A stretch of 64,000 nucleotides of DNA from Actinomycetota bacterium (GTDB lineage: Bacteria; Actinomycetota; Geothermincolia; Fen-727; Anoxymicrobiaceae), in assembly GCA_018896525.1 (NCBI GenBank), contig JAHIMR010000072.1, forward strand, positions 32,718 through 96,717, read 5' to 3'. The notes beneath the pieces are model-generated. The model had not been told where the DNA came from and searched no databases. It saw only the letters and a program-made list of their open reading frames with translations. The position numbers and the translations under genes are program-made. Within the stretch, counting starts at the first letter, position 1, and the number at the start of each line of letters is the position of its first letter. This document shows, piece by piece, positions 49,871-58,104 of this stretch.

Positions 49871-50461
49871 ATGGCGGTAGAGGGGAAGTGGTTCAATCCC
49901 GCGAACCTGTTGACTGCGCTGAGAGTCGCGCTGGCCCCGGTTATTATACTGCTGCTGATGGCCGATACTCAGTTGATAAGCGCGGTATCCAACAGTACTC
50001 TGGCGGGTATAGTGTTCGTAATCGCCGCGCTGACCGACAAGGTGGACGGCTACTACGCCCGCAGGTACGACGCGGTGACACGGCTGGGACAGTTCCTGGA
50101 CCCACTGGCCGACAAGCTATTGATGATACCGGTGCTGATTACTCTCTCCTGCCTGGGACTGCTGCCGTGGTGGGCGGTAACGGTGGTTGTACTCAGGGAG
50201 CTGCTGATATCGGGCATAAGGTTCGTGGGCGCCAGGCGCGGTATAACGTTCCCCGCGAGTTGGTCGGGCAAGGTAAAGATGTTCTCCCAGGTTGTGGTGG
50301 TGGGAGTCCTGATCTTCTTCCCGGGGAGCGCGCACAGTATCTGGATGCAGACATTGGTCTACTTCATGGTGGCGATAACCGCCTACTCGGGGATCGAGTA
50401 CATCTTCCGGGCGCGCCGGGAGATATTCGGTCCCCCTTCATCCGACGTGAAGACCCCATGA
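49871..50461 (+). CDS. pgsA: CDP-diacylglycerol--glycerol-3-phosphate 3-phosphatidyltransferase
   Basis: CDP-alcohol phosphatidyltransferase motif DKVDGYYAR...LGQFLDPLADK and multiple TM helices. Confidence 0.85.
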   Translation: MAVEGKWFNPANLLTALRVALAPVIILLLMADTQLISAVSNSTLAGIVFVIAALTDKVDGYYARRYDAVTRLGQFLDPLADKLLMIPVLITLSCLGLLPWWAVTVVVLRELLISGIRFVGARRGITFPASWSGKVKMFSQVVVVGVLIFFPGSAHSIWMQTLVYFMVAITAYSGIEYIFRARREIFGPPSSDVKTP

Positions 50462-51726
50462 ACGATCACCCCGGCCGAATCGCGGTTCTAACAGTAGGCG
50501 ACGAGCTTTTAGCCGGTGAGGTCGCGGACAGTAACCTGGGTACTATCGGCAAAGCGCTCTCGGCGATGGGGATGAGCGTATGGGAGCACGCGACCGTGCG
50601 CGACGACGTCCAGGCCATCTCCACCGCTATCAAGGACTTCCTGGAAACGAATGACGCGGTACTGATCACCGGTGGCCTCGGCCCCACCAGCGACGACGTT
50701 ACAAGGGAAGCGGTTGCGGACGCGACCGGAAAGCGGCTGGAGAGCCGTAAGGCCCTGGAGACGATGATACGCGGCTTTTTCGAGTCGATGGACAGGGAGA
50801 TGCCGGAGGAGAACCTGAAACAGGCGCTTATCCCATGTGGCGCTCGTGCAATACCACCGGCCGGCGGGACCGCGCCGGGGTTCATCGTGGAGTATGGCGG
50901 GAAGCTGATCGCGGCTTTGCCCGGAGTGCCTCGAGAGATGGAAAGGATGCTGCGATCCGACGTCAAGGGTGAGTTGGGGAGTAGGTTCTCGTCGGGAGAA
51001 TTCACGGTAACGCTCAGGGTGAACACCTTTGGGGCGGGAGAGTCGGATGTGGCCCAAGAGCTCCACGACCTCATCGGTGGGTGTGCGGTACGCTACGGGT
51101 TCCTGGCCCTGAATGGGCCGATAGTGGTCAAGCTCACGGCTACGGCTGGATCCCGGGAAGAGGCGGAGCGCCTCGCCGCCGACGAGCGCGAAAAGGTGGT
51201 TGGGCGCCTGGGACCGCTGGTCTATGGCTTTGGCGATGAAACCATGGAGGAAGTGATGGGAAGGCTGTTGCTGGAAAGGGGGCTTTCAATCGCGGTCGCG
51301 GAGTCCCTGACCGCGGGAATGGTCTGTTCGCGCATAGCCAACGTGCCGGGGAGCAGTGATTACTTCCGTGGTGGAGTAGTGACTTACAGCAGGGAGTCCA
51401 AGGAAGAGGTGCTGGGGCTTCCGAAGGAGTTGCTGCGGGAGGGAGCGGTCAACCAGGGGGTTGCCCGGGCCATGGCCGAATCGGTGCGGCGCATGTTCTC
51501 CGCCGACCTCGGGGTAGCCACCACCGGGCTTGCCGGGCCGGGTCGCGACGGTGAGAAAAAGACGGTCGGGACGTTGTGCCTGGCGCTGGCCGACGGGAAA
51601 GATACAGGCTCTTGGGAACGCATGCTTCCCGGTGACCGCGAGCTGGTAAGGAGCATCGCGACAATGGCGGCGATGAACGTGATACGGCTGTACGTGCTGC
51701 ACGGCGATCAGGTTGTCGCTGATTGA
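50458..51726 (+). CDS. cinA: CinA (competence/damage-inducible protein; MoCF-binding N-domain plus NMN deamidase C-domain)
   Basis: IAVLTVGDELLAGEVADSN N-terminus and C-terminal SLTAGMV...SDYFRGGVVTYS motif. ATG 50458 overlaps the pgsA TGA. The ORF-track ORF from 49888 is an out-of-frame upstream extension. Confidence 0.88.
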   Translation: MNDHPGRIAVLTVGDELLAGEVADSNLGTIGKALSAMGMSVWEHATVRDDVQAISTAIKDFLETNDAVLITGGLGPTSDDVTREAVADATGKRLESRKALETMIRGFFESMDREMPEENLKQALIPCGARAIPPAGGTAPGFIVEYGGKLIAALPGVPREMERMLRSDVKGELGSRFSSGEFTVTLRVNTFGAGESDVAQELHDLIGGCAVRYGFLALNGPIVVKLTATAGSREEAERLAADEREKVVGRLGPLVYGFGDETMEEVMGRLLLERGLSIAVAESLTAGMVCSRIANVPGSSDYFRGGVVTYSRESKEEVLGLPKELLREGAVNQGVARAMAESVRRMFSADLGVATTGLAGPGRDGEKKTVGTLCLALADGKDTGSWERMLPGDRELVRSIATMAAMNVIRLYVLHGDQVVAD

Positions 51727-51789
51727 CACTTCTTCGGCTTCAATGGTAGTTTAGACTGGCCTGTCGAAAGGGCTGTCCGATGGTAATTA

Positions 51790-51815
51790 GCGGCGAGGTT
51801 CGCCGCTATCTTTTT
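51790..51815 (+). terminator. Intrinsic terminator-like hairpin (GCGGCG-AGGTT-CGCCGC + TATCTTTTT) 12 nt upstream of the ileS RBS; candidate leader attenuator
   Basis: 6-bp GC stem, 5-nt loop, then a U-run ending at 51815. The AAGGA RBS is at 51816-51820 and the ileS ATG at 51827, so no promoter can fit between the terminator and the gene. Confidence 0.5.
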
Positions 51816-51826
51816 AAGGAATTACG

Positions 51827-54622
51827 ATGGATTACAAGGAAACGTTGAACCTGCCGAAAATGGTGTTTCCCATGAAGGGAAACCTGGCCTCGAAGGAGCC
51901 GGAGATACAGGAGTACTGGGAAGACATCCACATCTACGACCTCATCCTGGAGAAGGGGGAGGGGCGGCCTCTCTTTATCCTTCACGATGGCCCACCGTAC
52001 GCTAACGGGGACATCCACGTAGGGACCGCCTACAACAAGATAATCAAGGACATCATCGTCAAGTACAAGACCATGCGGGGTTTCAGGTGCCCCTACGTCC
52101 CCGGCTGGGACTGCCACGGGCAGCCCATAGAGCACGAGGTCACAAAGAGGCTCGGGGCGGACTCGGATGTCGACAAGGTCGAGCTTCGGGCGATGTGCCG
52201 TGCGTACGCCATGGAGTACATGGAGAAACAACGCGAGCAGTTCAAGCGCCTGGGGGTCCTGGGGGAGTTCAAAGACCCCTACCTTACGCTTGCCCCGTCG
52301 TACGAGGCGACCAACGTGGACGTGTTCGGGGAACTCTACCGCAAGGGGCTCATATACAAGGGGCGGAAGCCGATCCACTGGTGCACCAACTGTGTGACCG
52401 CCCTGGCGGAGGCGGAACTTGAGTACGAGGACAAGGAGTCTCACTCAATCTACGTCAAGTTTCCACTCACCGAGGAGTTCACGACGCTGACACGGGCGGG
52501 AAAGCCGGTCTCCCTGGTGATATGGACCACAACACCATGGACGTTGCCGGCAAACGTGGCGGTGGCGCTTTCAGGGCGGCTCCCCTACGTCGGGGTGGAC
52601 ACCGGCGAGGAGATACTTGTGATGGCCCGGGACATGGTCGAGGGCGTCATGGAGGAGATGGGTGTAGGCGATTACAAGGCAACCGACACGTTTACCGGAC
52701 CGGAGATGGAGGGTCTTCACTGCCGGCACCCATGGAACGACCGTGACTCGGTGGTGGTTCTGGCCCCCTACGTGACATTGGAGCAGGGGACCGGGTGTGT
52801 GCACATAGCGCCGGGGCATGGACAGGAGGATTACCTTACCGGCCTGGAGTACGACCTGCCCGACCCGATGCCGGTGGACGACCTGGGGCGCTTTACCAGT
52901 GAGGCGGGGCAGTTTGCCGGAATGAGCCTCGATAAGGCCAACCCCGAGATACTGAAGGACCTGCGGGACAGAGGCCTGCTGCTGGCAGCGGGCACTGTAA
53001 CCCATCCTTACCCTCACTGCTGGCGCTGCAAGCAACCGGTGGTGTTCCGGGCTACACCCCAGTGGTTTATCGCCCTGGACAAGGAGGGAGAAGGTCCCTC
53101 GCTTCGTCAGGAGGCAATGGACGCGATAAGAGGAGTGGAGTGGATACCGGAGTGGACGGCGAACCGCATCGGCTCAATGGTTGAAAGCCGTCCCGACTGG
53201 TGCATATCCCGCCAGCGGGCATGGGGGGTGCCGTTGCCGGTGCTGTACTGCCGTGGCTGCGGCAGGGAGATGGTAAACGACGAGACCCTGAGCGTGATAA
53301 GGGCCATGTTTGAAGCCGAGGGGGCCGACGCATGGTTCACCCGGGATCCGGAGGGGTTCCTGCCGGAGGGTACCGCCTGTCCGGAGTGCGGCGGCCGGAG
53401 CTTTGAGAAGGAAACCGACATCCTGGACGTATGGTTCGAGTCGGGGATAAGCCACCTGGCGGTCCTTCGAAAGCGCAACGGTCTTCGATGGCCGGCGGAT
53501 CTCTACGTAGAGGGTAGCGATCAGCACCGGGGATGGTTCCAGTCGAGCCTCCTGCTCTCGGTGGGGGTCGAGGGGAGGCCGCCGTTTGACGCGGTTCTGA
53601 CCCATGGTTTCACCGTAGATGGGTTTGGACGGAAGATGTCCAAGTCCGAGGGCAACGCGATAGACCCCCGCGAGGTGTACGAGCGATCGGGGGCGGAGAT
53701 ACTGCGCCTGTGGACGGCCGCCACCGACTACTCCAGTGACATGTCGATATCCGAGGAGATACTGGCCCAGAGTACCGAAAGCTACCGGCGTATCAGGAAC
53801 ACTCTACGCTTTCTGATAGGGAACACCAGCGACTTCGACCCCGGCGAACACACGGTACCCACCCGGGAGATGGAAGAGATAGACCGATGGATGGTGGGTC
53901 GTATCGAGCGTCTGGTCGAAAACGTCACCTCCCTGATGGACCGCTGGAACTTTCACCAGGCTGTCGGGGCGCTGAACCTGTTCTGCACCGTGGAACTGAG
54001 CTCACTTTACCTGGATGTCCTGAAGGACCGCCTGTACACGTTCCCGGCCGACTCCCGCGAAAGGAGGTCCGCCCAGAGCGTGCTTTTCTCCGTGCTGGAG
54101 AAGCTCAACACGATGATAGCACCGGTGCTGGCGCATACGGCGGAGGAAGCGTTTCAGGCGATCCCCGTTGGCATGAGGGCGGAGAAGAGCGTGCACCTGC
54201 TCCCCTGGCCGGAGTACGACCCGGAACTGGTGGATGTCATGCTGGAGGAGAAGTGGGGGCGCCTGATAGAGGTCCGGGAAGATGTCTATCGGGCACTGGA
54301 GGAGGCAAGGCGGGGAGGCGTGGTGGGCACAGGGCTGGAGGCGAGCGTAAAGATCCTCGCGGACGGGACGTTGTTGGAACTTCTAGCCGGGATGGAGGAT
54401 CAACTTCCCGAACTGTTCATCGTTTCCCAGGTGGAGGTAACCGATTCATTACCCCCCGGTGTGCAGGGTAGCGAAACGGGAGGAGTCACGGTGGTGGTGG
54501 AGAAAGCATCCGGGGAGAAGTGCCGGAGGTGCTGGAATTACAGCCCCAGCGTGGGTAGCGACCCGGAAAACCCCGACATCTGCCAGAGGTGCGTGGCCAC
54601 CCTGGAGAAGATCGCGCGATAA
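51827..54622 (+). CDS. ileS: Isoleucyl-tRNA synthetase (type 1, C-terminal zinc finger)
   Basis: HIGH-region variant (PYANGDIHVGTA), KMSKS motif, CP1 editing domain, and C-terminal CRRCWNY...CQRC. Confidence 0.95.
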   Translation: MDYKETLNLPKMVFPMKGNLASKEPEIQEYWEDIHIYDLILEKGEGRPLFILHDGPPYANGDIHVGTAYNKIIKDIIVKYKTMRGFRCPYVPGWDCHGQPIEHEVTKRLGADSDVDKVELRAMCRAYAMEYMEKQREQFKRLGVLGEFKDPYLTLAPSYEATNVDVFGELYRKGLIYKGRKPIHWCTNCVTALAEAELEYEDKESHSIYVKFPLTEEFTTLTRAGKPVSLVIWTTTPWTLPANVAVALSGRLPYVGVDTGEEILVMARDMVEGVMEEMGVGDYKATDTFTGPEMEGLHCRHPWNDRDSVVVLAPYVTLEQGTGCVHIAPGHGQEDYLTGLEYDLPDPMPVDDLGRFTSEAGQFAGMSLDKANPEILKDLRDRGLLLAAGTVTHPYPHCWRCKQPVVFRATPQWFIALDKEGEGPSLRQEAMDAIRGVEWIPEWTANRIGSMVESRPDWCISRQRAWGVPLPVLYCRGCGREMVNDETLSVIRAMFEAEGADAWFTRDPEGFLPEGTACPECGGRSFEKETDILDVWFESGISHLAVLRKRNGLRWPADLYVEGSDQHRGWFQSSLLLSVGVEGRPPFDAVLTHGFTVDGFGRKMSKSEGNAIDPREVYERSGAEILRLWTAATDYSSDMSISEEILAQSTESYRRIRNTLRFLIGNTSDFDPGEHTVPTREMEEIDRWMVGRIERLVENVTSLMDRWNFHQAVGALNLFCTVELSSLYLDVLKDRLYTFPADSRERRSAQSVLFSVLEKLNTMIAPVLAHTAEEAFQAIPVGMRAEKSVHLLPWPEYDPELVDVMLEEKWGRLIEVREDVYRALEEARRGGVVGTGLEASVKILADGTLLELLAGMEDQLPELFIVSQVEVTDSLPPGVQGSETGGVTVVVEKASGEKCRRCWNYSPSVGSDPENPDICQRCVATLEKIAR

Positions 54623-54625
54623 GAG

Positions 54626-55099
54626 GTGTCAACACCGTCAAGCAAGAGAAACACGATACTTTTCCTGGTTATCGCCGCCGGCGCCCTGGCCGTAGATCAA
54701 CTTCTCAAGCTGCTGGTGGTTATGCTCATGGAGCCGGGCCAGTCCGTGACCGTGATACCCGGCGTGCTGGACATCACCTACTCCACCAACACCGGGGCGG
54801 CGTTCGGCATCTTGAAGGGCAGCGGGCAGGTGCTGTTCCTGGTCGCGCTGGTGGTAGTGGTCCTTACGGTGGCATGGTTCTACTACACCCGTCACCAGGA
54901 GGGCACCTGGTCGTTTATCGCCCTGGGCATGGTGATAGGTGGAGCACTGGGAAACCTGGCAGACCGGCTCCTCCGCGGAAAGGTCACGGACTTCCTGGAC
55001 CTGGGCTGGTGGCCGGTGTTCAACTTCGCGGATGTGGTCATCGTAACCGGTGTTATAATATTCGTCGTCGGTACCGCGCTGGAGTTAATGAAGGAGTAG
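54626..55099 (+). CDS. lspA: Lipoprotein signal peptidase (signal peptidase II)
   Basis: Four TM helices and conserved LspA motifs (DQLLK..., NTGAAFG, FNFADV). Confidence 0.9.
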   Translation: MSTPSSKRNTILFLVIAAGALAVDQLLKLLVVMLMEPGQSVTVIPGVLDITYSTNTGAAFGILKGSGQVLFLVALVVVVLTVAWFYYTRHQEGTWSFIALGMVIGGALGNLADRLLRGKVTDFLDLGWWPVFNFADVVIVTGVIIFVVGTALELMKE

Positions 55100-55111
55100 A
55101 GGGGAGTAACA

Positions 55112-55275
55112 AGTGCCTCGTTCCATAGATACGGTTAAGCACCGAGAGCGTCGAAGCACCGCTCCGGCAAGGCGCGCGACCGAGTCGTACTCTTGGAGTA
55201 CGTCGAGGGAGCGGAACGCGACCGGAGTGGATGCAGCGGCGTTCGAATGCCAGCGTATTTATGGAGCGGGGTGCT
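55112..55275 (-). mobile_element. MITE copy 4 (orientation B) between lspA and lgt
   Basis: AGTGCCTCGTTCCATAGATACGGTTAAGCACCGAGAGCG...GTACTCTTGGAGTAC...CAGCGTATTTATGGAGCGGGGTGCT. It begins 13 nt after the lspA stop and overlaps the putative lgt start. Confidence 0.85.
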
Positions 55276-56049
55276 AAGACTGTGCACCGGGTGCTATTCA
55301 ACATAGGGAATCTAACGGTCTACTCCTATGGAGTGTTCCTGGCCCTGGGGTTTGTGACGGCGACCATTGTAGCCAGGCGGCGGCTTGCCGAGACCTTCCG
55401 TAACCCTGACATAATCCTTGACCTGGTGCTGGCGGCGGTTGTCGGCGGCATAGCGGGGGCGCGGATCTGCTACATCATAGGGCACTGGTCGTACTACATG
55501 GCCAACAAGGGCGAGATATTGAAGCTCAACATGGACGGGCTGGTGTTCTATGGAGGGCTCCTGCTGGGGTTTGTGCTTGCCGTGCTGGTGGGAAGGTGGA
55601 GGAACGTCAGGTTCTGGGAGGTCATGGACCTGGGCGGGCTGAGCGTTCCCATCGCGCTGGGGGTCGGCAGGATAGGTTGCCTGCTGAACGGATGCTGTTA
55701 CGGGAAGCAGACCTCTCTGCCGTGGGGAATAACGTATCCCGCGACCACCGGCCTGGCAGGCCCCAGGCATCCAACCCAGGTGTACGAGTTACTACTGGAC
55801 CTCGCCCTGTTCGCTTTCCTGTGGTCCAAGAGGGACAGCTGGGAGAGGGATGGCACGTCGTTCTGGTTGTTCGTGATGGGGTACGCGGCCATTCGGTTCA
55901 CAATGGAGTTCTTCCGCGAGCATACCCTTTCCAACGCCGCACTGACTTTCCAGATGGTCAGCGTTGCACTTTTCCTGGTGGCGGGGGCGGTTCTGCTGCT
56001 CCGGTACCGGCTCCTGCCGGAGACCGGCGACAGGGGCCTGCCACTCTGA
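55261..56049 (+). CDS. lgt: Prolipoprotein diacylglyceryl transferase
   Basis: Lgt signature (GGLLLGFVLAVLVGRW..., RIGCLLNGCCYGK). The start is uncertain: ATG 55261 lies in the MITE terminus, and GTG 55291 is an alternative. The ORF-track start 55231 is inside the MITE. Confidence 0.88.
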   Translation: MERGAKTVHRVLFNIGNLTVYSYGVFLALGFVTATIVARRRLAETFRNPDIILDLVLAAVVGGIAGARICYIIGHWSYYMANKGEILKLNMDGLVFYGGLLLGFVLAVLVGRWRNVRFWEVMDLGGLSVPIALGVGRIGCLLNGCCYGKQTSLPWGITYPATTGLAGPRHPTQVYELLLDLALFAFLWSKRDSWERDGTSFWLFVMGYAAIRFTMEFFREHTLSNAALTFQMVSVALFLVAGAVLLLRYRLLPETGDRGLPL

Positions 56050-56996
56050 TGGAAGCCGGGGGTGGGTCGGTCACGGTAGAGCCCGGAGATAGCGGTGTAA
56101 GACTGGACAGTTTCGTATCCTCGAGGGCCGGTATTTCCAGGAACAGGGCACAGGGGCTTATCACCGACGGGATGGTCCTGGTAGACGGAATGCCCGCTGA
56201 GAAGAAGCACCGCCTCAACACCGGCGAGAAGATCGCCTGGGAGTTACCCCCACCACGCCCAAACGAGGTCATCGGACAGCCTATTGAGCTGGACGTGGTT
56301 TACCAGGACGACTCGCTGGCGGTCATCGACAAGCCGGCGGGAATGGTAATGTACCCCGGTCCCGGCCATGAGAAAGACACGTTGCTGAACGCACTCCTGG
56401 ACCGTTATCCGAAGATCTCCGGCGTTGGAGGAACGGGGCGCCAGGGGATATTTCACCGGCTCGACCGTGATACGTCCGGCCTGGTCGCGGTGGCGCTGAT
56501 CGAGGAGGCGTTTGCCCTGATGGTGGAGCAGGTCAAGGACCGAAAGGTGGAACGCGTGTATACGGCGCTGGTGTCGGGCGACATCTCCGCGGAGCGCGGT
56601 ACCATAGACGCGCCGATGGGCAGGAGCAGGGGAAACCGGAAGAAGATGGCGGTGGACCGGCTTGCGGGCAGGCGCGCGGTGTCGCATTTCGTGGTCACCG
56701 AGAGGTTCGGCAAGGAGTTCAACCTGGTGGAGGTTTCACTGGAAACCGGCAGGACGCACCAGATAAGGGTCCATTTCGCGCATATCGGCCACCCGATTGT
56801 CGGGGACCGGGAGTACTCAGGGGGAACGGCGGGAAAGGGGCTCGGGCTCGAGAGGCAGTTCCTGCACGCGTGCAGATTAAGCTTCAATCACCCCCTGACC
56901 GGCGAGCCACTTAACCTTCACTCGGAACTCCCGAAAGACCTCGCCGAAACGTTAGAGCGCCTACGCTCGCAGTACAAACTTCCACTTGGAAAATAA
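56049..56996 (+). CDS. rluD: 23S rRNA pseudouridine synthase, RluA family (RluD-like, S4 plus catalytic domain)
   Basis: S4 domain (RLDSFVSSRAGISRNRAQGLITDGMVLVDG) and HRLDRDTSGL catalytic motif. ATG 56049 overlaps the lgt TGA. The ORF-track N-terminal 151 aa lie in a different frame from lgt and are not real. Confidence 0.9.
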   Translation: MEAGGGSVTVEPGDSGVRLDSFVSSRAGISRNRAQGLITDGMVLVDGMPAEKKHRLNTGEKIAWELPPPRPNEVIGQPIELDVVYQDDSLAVIDKPAGMVMYPGPGHEKDTLLNALLDRYPKISGVGGTGRQGIFHRLDRDTSGLVAVALIEEAFALMVEQVKDRKVERVYTALVSGDISAERGTIDAPMGRSRGNRKKMAVDRLAGRRAVSHFVVTERFGKEFNLVEVSLETGRTHQIRVHFAHIGHPIVGDREYSGGTAGKGLGLERQFLHACRLSFNHPLTGEPLNLHSELPKDLAETLERLRSQYKLPLGK

Positions 56997-57029
56997 TGAC
57001 ACGCTGGTGCCTGGCACCAGCGTGTCATT
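56995..57029. repeat. Palindromic family element (AATGACACGCTGGTGCC-T-GGCACCAGCGTGTCATT) acting as a bidirectional terminator between convergent rluD and aroF2
   Basis: Perfect 17-bp arms. It overlaps the rluD stop (56994-56996) and ends at the stop of the minus-strand DAHPS gene (57030-57032). Confidence 0.85.
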
Positions 57030-58043
57030 TTAGACGCTGCGGCCGATGATGGAGGCGATGGCACTTAACTTGCTCATCATTGAATCGAACTGCCCGAGGG
57101 TAAGCGCCTGCGGACCATCGCAGAGGGCGCAGTCGGGGTCGGGATGGACCTCGACCATGATTCCATCAGCGCCGGCGGCCACCGCGGCGAGAGACATGGG
57201 CTCGACAAGATAGGAGAAACCGGTTGAGTGCGATGGGTCAACCACTACCGGCAGGTGAGAGAGTCGCTTGATAACCGGCACCGCGGAGAGGTCGAGGGTG
57301 TTCCTTGTTTTGGTCTCGAAAGTAGTGATTCCGCGTTCGCAGAGGATGACATCGCGGTTTCCCTCGATAATCACGTACTCCGCGGCGAGGAGGAGGTCTT
57401 TCACCGTGGCGCTGGGCCCCCGCTTCAACATGACCGGGTGACCGCTTCTTCCCACCTCGGTAAGCAGGACGAAGTTCTGCATGTTGCGGGCCCCAACCTG
57501 GAGGATATCGGCGTACTCGCAGACAAGTTCCACGTTGCGGGGGTCGGTAACCTCGGTGATGATCGGGAGGCCGGTCTCATCGCGGGCGCGGGCCAGCAGT
57601 TCCAGGGCCTCTTCGCCAAGGCCCTGGAAGGAGTAGGGGGATGTACGGGGCTTGTAGGCCCCTCCCCTGAGCACCCGGGCGCCGCTCCTCTTCACGCTGA
57701 GAGCGATCTCCATCAACTGCTTCTCGTTCTCGACCGCACAAGGGCCGGCGATGACCGTCACGTCGACGCCGCCGAACTTCACACCTCTGACATCTATGAC
57801 CGTGGGATCCGGATGGGCTTCCCGCCCGGCGAACTTGTACGGTTGCAGGATGGGGATGATGCTCTCCACCCCGGGAAGGCCCTGCATGTTCTCCACGACC
57901 CTGGTCTTATCGTCGCCGACTATACCGATGACCGTCTTCTGAACGCCGTAAATAGGGTGCGTGCGCAGTCCGTATGAGTGGACCTTCTCGATAACGCTTT
58001 CGACCTGTTCCTCCGTCGCCTGCGACGACATTACTATTATCAT
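57030..58043 (-). CDS. aroF: DAHP synthase type I-beta, second paralog (with N-terminal FL regulatory domain)
   Basis: Same architecture and motifs as the 1789-2805 gene (GPCAVENE, KPRTSPYSFQGLGEE, MLKRGPSAT, VVVDPSHSTG). By eye the two proteins are paralogs at roughly 55% identity. Confidence 0.9.
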   Translation of the reverse strand: MIIVMSSQATEEQVESVIEKVHSYGLRTHPIYGVQKTVIGIVGDDKTRVVENMQGLPGVESIIPILQPYKFAGREAHPDPTVIDVRGVKFGGVDVTVIAGPCAVENEKQLMEIALSVKRSGARVLRGGAYKPRTSPYSFQGLGEEALELLARARDETGLPIITEVTDPRNVELVCEYADILQVGARNMQNFVLLTEVGRSGHPVMLKRGPSATVKDLLLAAEYVIIEGNRDVILCERGITTFETKTRNTLDLSAVPVIKRLSHLPVVVDPSHSTGFSYLVEPMSLAAVAAGADGIMVEVHPDPDCALCDGPQALTLGQFDSMMSKLSAIASIIGRSV

Positions 58044-58104
58044 TTTCTCTTAAGCTCCCCTTCCCGGTCTGATGATTAACGTCCTTACGGATTTAACAGG
58101 ATAA

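Noticed and set aside
49888-51726. 612-aa ORF treated as one protein
   Set aside because: Its first ~190 codons are an alternative frame over pgsA with no protein-like features. CinA begins at ATG 50458, coupled to the pgsA stop.
51727-51826. Canonical T-box riboswitch upstream of ileS
   Set aside because: The conserved T-box sequence (AGGGUGGNACCGCG) and a clear Stem I/specifier loop are not visible. Only a terminator-like hairpin and an AATTAG fragment are present. I report it as a candidate attenuator rather than a called T-box.
55596-56996. 466-aa ORF treated as one protein
   Set aside because: The N-terminal 151 residues overlap lgt in another frame. The real RluD starts at ATG 56049, overlapping the lgt TGA.
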